The notes beneath the pieces are model-generated. The model worked only from the letters and a program-made list of their open reading frames with translations. It did not search any database and was not told the DNA's origin. A program made the translations under genes and the position numbers. Below, in pieces: positions 28,194-35,871 of a stretch of 36,607 nt of DNA. Numbering within the stretch: the first letter of the stretch is position 1; every line of letters begins with the position of its first letter. The DNA comes from a virus. Location of the stretch: IMG/VR virus record IMGVR_UViG_3300006217_000229, one strand, 5' to 3'.

Positions 28194-28263
28194 TAGAAAA
28201 AAGTATATGTATTCAATCATTTTGCTAAAAAAAATATGAAAGGATGATTGAATATGGCGAATA
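28185..28263 (+). repeat. Duplicated leader element copy 1 (upstream of major capsid gene), contains an 11-bp hairpin abutting the start codon
   Basis: aataactaatagaaaaaagtatatgtattcaatcattttgctaaaaaaaatatgaaaggatgattgaatatggcgaata is identical to 31048-31125 apart from one A in the A-run. The stem pairs tattcaatcat (28210-28220) with atgattgaata (28244-28254). Confidence 0.9.
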
Positions 28264-29159
28264 CAGTTAATTACGCAACTCAATTTGAGAGACAATTAAA
28301 ACAAAAATACAAAAGAGAAAGTTTGACAGCAGACTTAACTACTGAAAAAATTAAGTTTATTAATGCAAAAACAGTAAAAATCCCATACATTGAAATGGGA
28401 GGATTTAAGGACCATGGCAGAAATGGAGGATTTAACAGACAAAATGTTAAAAATCAATTCATGTCAAAAGAACTTACACATGATAGAGATGTTGAATATT
28501 TCATAGATGCTATGGATGTTGATGAATCTAATTTGGCATTAGCTGCAGCTAATATAACTAATACATTTGAGGAGGAACACGCTATTCCAGAAGAAGATTG
28601 CTATAGAATTTCAAAATTATATAGTGATTATAAAACTTTAGGGAAAAAAGCAGATAATACGGCTCCAACTACTAAAAATATATTAAGTTTATATGATAAA
28701 TACATGGAGGAAATGGACGAGTCAGAAGTTCCTGAAGAAGGTAGAATACTATATGCAACACCTGCTATTGAGAAAATATTAAAAAATGCAGAGGATGTAC
28801 AAAAAATATTCTCTCTTAATGCGGGGAATGGTAATGGATTTACAAGAGCAGTTAGAGCTTTAGACGATGTAAAAATTAGAAAATTGCCATCTAGTAGAAT
28901 GAAAACAGCTTACAATTTCACAGACGGGTGTGTACCAGGAACAAGTGCTAAACAAATAAATATGATTTTAGTACATCCTAAATCAGTTTTAGCTTGTGAC
29001 AAACACTCATATATTAAATTATGGGCTCCAGGAAGCCACACACAAGGTGACGGATTCTTATTCCAATTAAGAAAATATTGGGATCTATTTGTAATTGATA
29101 CAAGAGTTGATGGAATAAAAATAAATGCTGAAGCAGAAGCTGTAGAGGAGACTGCATAA
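28254..29159 (+). CDS. Major capsid protein
   Basis: 301 aa, directly after the scaffold gene. The ATG at 28254 follows the AAGGA RBS. The call rests on position and size; the exact family is not recognised. Confidence 0.7.
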   Translation: MANTVNYATQFERQLKQKYKRESLTADLTTEKIKFINAKTVKIPYIEMGGFKDHGRNGGFNRQNVKNQFMSKELTHDRDVEYFIDAMDVDESNLALAAANITNTFEEEHAIPEEDCYRISKLYSDYKTLGKKADNTAPTTKNILSLYDKYMEEMDESEVPEEGRILYATPAIEKILKNAEDVQKIFSLNAGNGNGFTRAVRALDDVKIRKLPSSRMKTAYNFTDGCVPGTSAKQINMILVHPKSVLACDKHSYIKLWAPGSHTQGDGFLFQLRKYWDLFVIDTRVDGIKINAEAEAVEETA

Positions 29160-29175
29160 TAGTTTATAATAAACC

Positions 29176-29204
29176 AAAGGACTTTCTTGATAAGAGAGTC
29201 CTTT
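29176..29204 (+). terminator. Hairpin after the capsid gene (possible partial terminator)
   Basis: 11-bp stem aaaggactttc/gagagtccttt. Only a short U stretch follows, so this is weak as an intrinsic terminator. Confidence 0.35.
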
Positions 29205-29227
29205 AAAAAATTATAAGGAGGTAAATC

Positions 29228-29566
29228 ATGATAGCTGTAAAAGGAAATGTTGAATACACAATAAATGATTCAGAGAAAAAAGTATATATAGAGAATGGGT
29301 ATGATATATACGATGATAATGGAAAAAAATTAGCAGATGGAAAACATAAGTCTATACCGTATTCTAAGTATAAAGAATTGGAGGAAAAATACAAGGATCT
29401 ATTGGCTAAAAGTAATTCAACAAAAGAATTAGAAGAGTTAAATAAACAAATTACAGAAAAAGATACAAAGATTGAAGATTTAACAAAACAAATAGGTACA
29501 AAAGAAGAAGAGTTAAATAAAGCAAATAAAAAAATAGAAGATCTAACTAAAAAATTGGAAAAATAG
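29228..29566 (+). CDS. Hypothetical coiled-coil protein (head-associated by position)
   Basis: AAGGAGG RBS and K/E-rich heptads in the C-terminal half. Confidence 0.5.
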   Translation: MIAVKGNVEYTINDSEKKVYIENGYDIYDDNGKKLADGKHKSIPYSKYKELEEKYKDLLAKSNSTKELEELNKQITEKDTKIEDLTKQIGTKEEELNKANKKIEDLTKKLEK

Positions 29567-29578
29567 GAGGCATTGCAG

Positions 29579-29956
29579 ATGATAAATGCATATGCACAAT
29601 TTAGTGATTATAAAAAATATGGCAACGATGTTTTAAAAGATGAAAAAGATGCTATTACTTATTTAGAACTTGCATCAATTGATATTAACAGAGCTACACT
29701 TACACGAATTGAAAAAAGAGGATTTAATAATTTAACCGCACAACAAAAAGATTTAATAGTAAAAGCTACATGTTTTCAAGCTGAATATATAAAAGAAGAA
29801 GGAATTTATGAAAACGATGATGTATCAAGCTATAGTATTGGTGGAGACTTAACAGTGAATGAGAAGGACCCACAAGGAATAGCTGATAGATTAAAGATAT
29901 CAAAAATAGCCTTTTCATATTTAAGGAAGACAGGACTAATAGCTAGGATTATATGA
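29579..29956 (+). CDS. Head-tail connector protein (gp6-like, by position)
   Basis: GGAGG lies 8 nt before ATG 29579. Size and position are typical. Confidence 0.5.
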   Translation: MINAYAQFSDYKKYGNDVLKDEKDAITYLELASIDINRATLTRIEKRGFNNLTAQQKDLIVKATCFQAEYIKEEGIYENDDVSSYSIGGDLTVNEKDPQGIADRLKISKIAFSYLRKTGLIARII

Positions 29957-30300
29957 TTAAAAAATTAAATCCTAATCATTTAAAGAGGCTATTAAATAAT
30001 GAGTGTGATGTTAAGATATATCAAGAGGGGCTATCTGAAGAGGGTGAGCCCTTAACTTCTATAAATTTAGAAAGTAAAAAGTGTAGGTTCGTAGAAAGAA
30101 CAAAAATAATAATAAATCCTGAGGGAAAAAAGGTTGAACTTATTGGAAAAGTAATACTACTGGGAGATATAGCGCCTGATATAAAAAAGATAAGTGGTGG
30201 TCAAGTAAGAATTAATGAATCAGAGTATACAATATACCAAGCTAGCCGACCTAGAAACCCAGATGGATCTATTTATATGACAGTATTGGAATTGATGTAA
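29953..30300 (+). CDS. Head closure / head-tail adaptor protein (by position)
   Basis: ATGA overlap with the upstream gene. 115 aa. Confidence 0.5.
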   Translation: MIKKLNPNHLKRLLNNECDVKIYQEGLSEEGEPLTSINLESKKCRFVERTKIIINPEGKKVELIGKVILLGDIAPDIKKISGGQVRINESEYTIYQASRPRNPDGSIYMTVLELM

Positions 30301-30660
30301 ATGAAAGTAAGAATGAATAGAACAGGCATAAACAAGGTGAATAAAAATGTGCAAATGGCACTAATTGAAACAGCCGAGGCCGTACTTACTGATATGGTAC
30401 AGAGCCAAGTAATTCCTTTTAGAGAAGGGAATTTGCAAAAGAGTCATTTTGTAGATGATAAAAGAGCAATAAAAGGAGTTGTAAAATTAGTTGCAGACAC
30501 ACCGTATTCAAGAAAAGTATTTTTTGATCCAGAGATAACAATCCATACAGATAAAAATCCAAACGCAAGACAAAGGTGGGTGGAGGCTTATACATCAGGG
30601 AACAAAAAAGATTTACCAATTAAATATTTTGCTAAGTTTTTAAAAAGGAGAATGGAGTAG
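30301..30660 (+). CDS. Neck protein, HK97 gp10-like (by position)
   Basis: 119 aa and translationally coupled. Confidence 0.45.
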   Translation: MKVRMNRTGINKVNKNVQMALIETAEAVLTDMVQSQVIPFREGNLQKSHFVDDKRAIKGVVKLVADTPYSRKVFFDPEITIHTDKNPNARQRWVEAYTSGNKKDLPIKYFAKFLKRRME

Positions 30661-31056
30661 ATGGAAAGATTATCGACCAAGGAAGTTAAAGATTACTTGA
30701 AAACAGTTATCACATGCGACAACTGGTATATTGGAAAACGTGATGAAAATAAAGAGAAATCTATTACATTGTTCTCTAATAAAAGGGAGTTAGAGAAAAT
30801 ATCAAAATTTAACAAACTGCAAACTTATTCAACTTTACCAATTACATTGTTGTTAGTGTGGAGTAAAAATTATAATTTAGCAGAAGTAAAAGCAAACGAT
30901 ATATATGATTTGCTAGATAAAAGAAAGTTTAGTATAAATGGTTTTAGCTGCTTTACAGAAACTTTAAATGAAGGACCAATTGACTTAGGATCAGATGATA
31001 GCAATAATTATAAATTTTCAATTGAAATTAACATTTATTACACAAAAAATAACTAA
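30661..31056 (+). CDS. Tail terminator-like protein (by position)
   Basis: 131 aa, immediately upstream of the major tail gene. Confidence 0.4.
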   Translation: MERLSTKEVKDYLKTVITCDNWYIGKRDENKEKSITLFSNKRELEKISKFNKLQTYSTLPITLLLVWSKNYNLAEVKANDIYDLLDKRKFSINGFSCFTETLNEGPIDLGSDDSNNYKFSIEINIYYTKNN

Positions 31057-31125
31057 TAGAAAAAAGTATATGTATTCAATCATTTTGCTAAAAAAATATG
31101 AAAGGATGATTGAATATGGCGAATA
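31048..31125 (+). repeat. Duplicated leader element copy 2 (upstream of major tail gene)
   Basis: 78 nt matching 28185-28263. The same hairpin abuts ATG 31116. Confidence 0.9.
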
Positions 31126-31556
31126 AAACAGGAGTATTTCCAGTTTATGAAAATCAATTCAAAGTTGGAGCATCAAAGGAAGCTTTAGAATCAATTGCTG
31201 ATATGGAAAACTTTAGTGTTAGTTTTGACAATGGGGTAGAAGAGTGGACTCCAATGGACGCAGAAGGTTGGATTCGTAGATTAATGACTGCAAAATCAAT
31301 AACTATTTCAGTTGCAGGGAAAAGAAATGTAGGAGATACTGGTAATGATTTTGTAGCAGGATTAGCATTTGTAAATGGTAGAAGTGCAGAAGCGTGTTTA
31401 GAGTGGAATTTTCCAGATGGAACATCTATACTTTTTGAGGGAGCAGTATTTAATATAACAAACTTTATGGCAGGTGATAGTACAGCTGTTGCCCCACTAG
31501 AGTTTGATGTCATGAGTAATGGTAAACCTACTGTTACATTACCGACAGGAGAATAA
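31116..31556 (+). CDS. Major tail protein
   Basis: 146 aa, beginning MANKTGVFPV. It lies upstream of the chaperone pair and tape measure. Confidence 0.7.
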   Translation: MANKTGVFPVYENQFKVGASKEALESIADMENFSVSFDNGVEEWTPMDAEGWIRRLMTAKSITISVAGKRNVGDTGNDFVAGLAFVNGRSAEACLEWNFPDGTSILFEGAVFNITNFMAGDSTAVAPLEFDVMSNGKPTVTLPTGE

Positions 31557-31621
31557 TATAGGAGGGTCACTAAAAAGGCCCTCTTAATTAAATTTTATAA
31601 AGAATTAGGGAGATGAATTAT

Positions 31622-31936
31622 ATGGCTAATTTAGACATTAGTAGTAGATTGGGGAAAAATAAACAAGAGATTACTATTGCAGAAGGAAAAACATATGAGG
31701 TGGATTGTAGCGCAGAGACAATGTTAAAAGCAGAAGAAAAATTTAACAACGGAGCAGGAGCAAATGATTTATTTGCAATAATAGAAATGTTCTTAGGAAA
31801 AGCAGCAGTAAAAGATATTAAAGCAATGAAAGCTACTGTAAATGAAATAAAGACAATAATAATTGCAATTATGGCACAAGTTAATGAGGAGGATTTCGAT
31901 TCGTTCGAAAAACGATTTCAAAACCAGCTCAAATAG
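31622..31936 (+). CDS. Tail assembly chaperone (G-like)
   Basis: AGGGAG RBS precedes ATG 31622. It lies between the major tail and tape measure genes. Confidence 0.65.
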   Translation: MANLDISSRLGKNKQEITIAEGKTYEVDCSAETMLKAEEKFNNGAGANDLFAIIEMFLGKAAVKDIKAMKATVNEIKTIIIAIMAQVNEEDFDSFEKRFQNQLK

Positions 31937-32283
31937 CGAGTGTTGGTATGATTTGTTCGATGACTGGAAGTTAATAGAAGCCAGTATTACAAAGCAATAT
32001 GGAATAAGAATAAGAAAAGATATAGGCACAATGGATTGGGCGGAGTTAAGTGGATTAATCTCTGGATTAATGGGAGACACTCCTTTACGGTAACATTGTG
32101 AGAATTAGATCAGAAGATGATAAAGATACTTTAAAGAATTTTACAAGAGATGAACTTCAGATTAGGTCTGCTTGGAGAAACAAACAAGCAAAAACAGTAT
32201 CTGAAAAAGAAATGAAACAAGCGTTAGAGCAAATGAAGCAAGCCTTTATAGCAATGGCTAAAAAGGATGGTGCTAAAAAATGA
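31863..32283 (+). CDS. Tail assembly chaperone extension (T-like), in the +1 frame relative to G; internally needs +1 shift at in-frame CGG 32088-32090 (CGG-TAA)
   Basis: No RBS or ATG of its own. The frame is open from 31863. Junction: ...SGLISGLMGDTPL[G]NIVRIRSEDDKDTLKNFTRDEL joins track ORFs 31863..32093 and 32098..32283. Confidence 0.6.
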
Positions 32284-32435
32284 TAGAAGTAAGATGCCCT
32301 AATTGTAACCAACTGCTAATCAAAGTTGAACAGTGTAAGGGTGAAATTAAATGTATAAGATGTAAGAAAACAATAAAAATTAAAATAGATGAAAAAGACA
32401 GAGTGAACAACACGAGTAGTATAACTGCTGAGTAG
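32280..32435 (+). CDS. com: Com-like zinc-finger protein (Mu Com family)
   Basis: MIEVRCPNCNQLLIKVEQCKGEIKCIRCKKTIKIKI parallels Mu Com MKSIRCKNCNKLLFKA...IEIRCPRCKRHI. ATGA overlap with the upstream stop. 51 aa, below the track threshold. Confidence 0.7.
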   Translation: MIEVRCPNCNQLLIKVEQCKGEIKCIRCKKTIKIKIDEKDRVNNTSSITAE

Positions 32436-32477
32436 TTAGTCAATACCTGCTTTTACCTTTTTAGAAGGGAGGTAGGT

Positions 32478-35400
32478 ATGAGTACTAACGTTGGAGCTAT
32501 AGATTTAGATTTAGTATTAAATAGCAATAAGTTTAACAAACAGCTTAAAAATGTAGAAAAACAGGCAACAAGTACTGGTAATGTTTTACAAGGTACTCTT
32601 GGAAAAATAGGAAAAATAGCTGCTGCTGCGTTATCTGTTACTGCAATTGTTAAGTTTGGAAAGGAATGCATAAACTTAGGTTCAGATTTAGCGGAAGTAC
32701 AAAACGTAGTAGATGTATCATTCCCAAAAATGAATGAGCAGGTAAATGCATTTGCAGAAAATGCTATAGAACAATTTGGATTAGGACAAACAGTTGCTAA
32801 AAAGTATATGGGTACTTTTGGGGCGATGGCTAAGGCGTTTAAATTCAGTGAACAAGAAAGCTATAACATGGCAGCTGCATTGACTGGTTTAGCAGGAGAT
32901 GTTGCTTCTTTTTATAATATGTCAAGTGATGAAGCTTATACAAAGTTGAAGTCCGTATTTACTGGAGAAACCGAAACACTAAAAGAATTAGGTGTTGTAA
33001 TGACACAAAATGCGTTGGACCAATATGCTCTTGCAAATGGTTTTGGTAAAACAACTGCGAAGATGACTGAGCAAGAAAAAGTTGCTTTGAGAATGAAATT
33101 TGTTACGGAGCAGTTATCACTAGCTAGTGGGGATTTTGTAAGAACACAAGATAGTTGGGCTAACCAGACAAGAATACTTTCATTAAGATTTAATGAATTA
33201 AAAGCAACTCTAGGACAAGCGTTTATAAATGTATTAAATCCGGTGGTGAAAGGAATAAATTATTTAATAAGCAAATTACAAGTGTTAGCTAATGCTTTTA
33301 AATCTTTTACTGAATTTATAACAGGTAAAAAGTCAGATACTTCTGGAGGGCTAGGACAAACTGCATCAGATATAGCGAGTTTAACAGATAGTGCAAATAA
33401 TGCAGAAGATGCTGTTAGTGGAATTGGAAGCAGTGCTAAGAAAGCTAAAAAGCAATTACAAGGTCTCAGGGGAATTGATGAAATAAACAATTTAACAACT
33501 TCAAATGATTCAAATTCAGATAGTGGATCAGCTGGAGGTTCTGCAGGCTCTTTTGACTTTGGAGGAAGTTTAGCTGAAACAACAAGTGAGGCTAATAACG
33601 AGTTTGGCAAGTTAAACGGCTATGTACAGGAATTGTTCAAATCATTTAAAAAAGGATTTAAAGATGCATTTGGAAGTTTCGATTTTAATGGATTTAAAGG
33701 ACAGATTGACAGCATAGGCAATAGCCTTAAGGAGATATTTAGTAGCCCAGAGGTCCAAGGAGCTGCAAAAAAATGGGCCAATTCCTTAATGTTTGATTTA
33801 GGGGCAGCTGCTGGATTAATCGGAAGTGTTGGAGTTACAATAGCTGATAACCTAGTTGGTGGAATCAGTTTGTTCTTAGAACAAAATAAGAAAAATATAC
33901 AAGACCATATAGTTAGAATGTTTGATATATCTGCAAGATCACATGAATTATCAGGAAAGTTCTCAATAACAGTTGCAGATATATTTAGTGTATTTAGAGG
34001 GAAAGAAGCAAAGCAAGTTACAGCAAATATCATAGGTATTTTTACAGAAGGTTATTTAGGAGTAGTTGAGGTTACAAGTACCTTTGCAAATGATGTTTTC
34101 TATATGATTACAGAGCCTTTTAATCGTAATAAGAACTTAATAAAGAAAACTCTAACTGACATGTTTAGCCCACTTTCTAAAGTATTAGGAACTATAAAGA
34201 AAGGAATAGAAGATACATTTTCAAAGTTTTGGGAAGTATATGATCAATATATTAGACCTGCGGTAGAAAATATAACAAATGGGTTTACCAGTATTCTAGA
34301 AACAGTTTTAAATACGTGGAATAACAATATAAAACCTATTTTAGATGAATGGGCTGTGAAATTTGATGAGCTATGGGTACAACATATTCAGCCGATGATA
34401 GACAGTTTTCTTGAATACATGGGGAAATTAATCAATGGACTATCAGAGTTATGGAATACATGGTTAGTTCCACTGATTAATTGGATTATAGAAAATGTAG
34501 TTCCAGCTGTAGCGCCTGTTATAAAGGAAATAGGCAATACGGTGATGACTGTCTTTGGAAAAATAGGTGATATATTAAAAGGTTTTTGGGATGCCTTAAG
34601 TGGAATTATTGATTTTATTGTTGGAATATTTACTGGAGATTGGGAGAAAGCATGGAATGGAGTTAAAGAAATATTCAGTGGAATATGGCAAATGATAAAA
34701 GGAATATTCAGTGGAATATGGGAAGCTATCAAAGGCATTGTTAAAACTGCAATAGAAGCTGTGAAGGGAGTTATACAAACAGCACTAAATGCTATTAAAT
34801 CAGTATGGGAAAAAGTATGGAATGGAATTAAATCATTCGGAGCTAATATATGGAATGGAATTAAAAATACATTTTCTGGAGTAGGAAGTTGGTTTTCATC
34901 TAAATTTCAAGAAGCTTATAATGGGATTACGAGAGTATTTAGTAATGTTGGAAATTTTCTTGGCTCTATTTGGAATAAAGTTAAAAATACATTCTCAGCA
35001 TTGGGAACCAATATAGGTAATGCAATATCAAATGCTGTGAAATCTGGAATTAATGGTGTAATCAGTTTGATTGAAAGGACAATTAATAGTGCAATAGGAC
35101 TTATTAACGGAGGAATTGATTTAATTAATCTAATTCCAGGTGTTTGGGTTGGTCATGTTCCAACATTGAATTTACCAAGATTGGCACAAGGTGGTTATGT
35201 AAAAGCTAATACTCCCCAACTTGCAATGATTGGTGATAACAGACACCAAGGAGAGGTCGTAGCACCAGAGAATAAATTACATGAGATAATGGCAGAAGAG
35301 TTATCTAAATTCCAGGGAGCAGGAGGAAATAGCGATATAGTCAAATTATTACGTGAGATATTAACATTATTAAAGAACCTAGGAGGAGATACGGTGCTTA

Positions 35401-35492
35401 AAATAAATGACGTAGAACTTGCTAGAGCCGTAATAAGGGGTATGAAACTTTTGCAAAGTAAAAGTGATAAACCCATATTAGATTTTATTTAG
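32478..35492 (+). CDS. Tape measure protein
   Basis: 1004 aa, with an N-terminal TMP core region and W/F-periodic helical repeats (IFSGIWQMIKGIFSGIWEAIKG...). It lies upstream of the distal tail genes. Confidence 0.9.
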   Translation: MSTNVGAIDLDLVLNSNKFNKQLKNVEKQATSTGNVLQGTLGKIGKIAAAALSVTAIVKFGKECINLGSDLAEVQNVVDVSFPKMNEQVNAFAENAIEQFGLGQTVAKKYMGTFGAMAKAFKFSEQESYNMAAALTGLAGDVASFYNMSSDEAYTKLKSVFTGETETLKELGVVMTQNALDQYALANGFGKTTAKMTEQEKVALRMKFVTEQLSLASGDFVRTQDSWANQTRILSLRFNELKATLGQAFINVLNPVVKGINYLISKLQVLANAFKSFTEFITGKKSDTSGGLGQTASDIASLTDSANNAEDAVSGIGSSAKKAKKQLQGLRGIDEINNLTTSNDSNSDSGSAGGSAGSFDFGGSLAETTSEANNEFGKLNGYVQELFKSFKKGFKDAFGSFDFNGFKGQIDSIGNSLKEIFSSPEVQGAAKKWANSLMFDLGAAAGLIGSVGVTIADNLVGGISLFLEQNKKNIQDHIVRMFDISARSHELSGKFSITVADIFSVFRGKEAKQVTANIIGIFTEGYLGVVEVTSTFANDVFYMITEPFNRNKNLIKKTLTDMFSPLSKVLGTIKKGIEDTFSKFWEVYDQYIRPAVENITNGFTSILETVLNTWNNNIKPILDEWAVKFDELWVQHIQPMIDSFLEYMGKLINGLSELWNTWLVPLINWIIENVVPAVAPVIKEIGNTVMTVFGKIGDILKGFWDALSGIIDFIVGIFTGDWEKAWNGVKEIFSGIWQMIKGIFSGIWEAIKGIVKTAIEAVKGVIQTALNAIKSVWEKVWNGIKSFGANIWNGIKNTFSGVGSWFSSKFQEAYNGITRVFSNVGNFLGSIWNKVKNTFSALGTNIGNAISNAVKSGINGVISLIERTINSAIGLINGGIDLINLIPGVWVGHVPTLNLPRLAQGGYVKANTPQLAMIGDNRHQGEVVAPENKLHEIMAEELSKFQGAGGNSDIVKLLREILTLLKNLGGDTVLKINDVELARAVIRGMKLLQSKSDKPILDFI

Positions 35493-35508
35493 AAAGGAGT
35501 AGGTGAAA

Positions 35509-35862
35509 ATGTCTATAATAAGAATAAACGGAGCAGAAATACCTGCTCCTCTTCCTTTTTCTGTAGGAATATCGGATCAGGATTTGAATTCTGATACAGA
35601 TGCAAATGCAGAATTACATAGAAACAGGGTAGCTGTAAAAAGAAAATTAGACCTAGAGTGGGGACCACTAAGTTGGCCAGACATAAGTAAAATACTTAAA
35701 TCTATAAAAGATGTATTTTTTGATGTAACCTACCCAGATCCTGAAACAGGAAATTTTGAAACTATAAGAGCTTATGTTGGAGATAGAACCGCCCCAATTT
35801 GTATAGTCGAGGGAGATCAAATAACATGGGCCGGTTTAAAGGCTAACATTGTTGAAAAGTAG
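35509..35862 (+). CDS. Distal tail component (small Dit-like, by position)
   Basis: AGGAG lies 9 nt before ATG 35509, directly after the tape measure gene. Confidence 0.5.
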   Translation: MSIIRINGAEIPAPLPFSVGISDQDLNSDTDANAELHRNRVAVKRKLDLEWGPLSWPDISKILKSIKDVFFDVTYPDPETGNFETIRAYVGDRTAPICIVEGDQITWAGLKANIVEK

Positions 35863-35871
35863 GTGATATAG

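Noticed and set aside
31863-31936. Canonical -1 slippery heptamer for the tail chaperone G/GT pair
   Set aside because: No XXXYYYZ motif exists in the overlap, and the downstream frame is +1, not -1, relative to the chaperone gene.
34660-34900. Internal DNA and protein repeats in the tape measure gene (ggaatattcagtggaatatgg twice; IFSGIW/IKG periodicity)
   Set aside because: This is ordinary tape-measure helical repeat structure, not a separate element.
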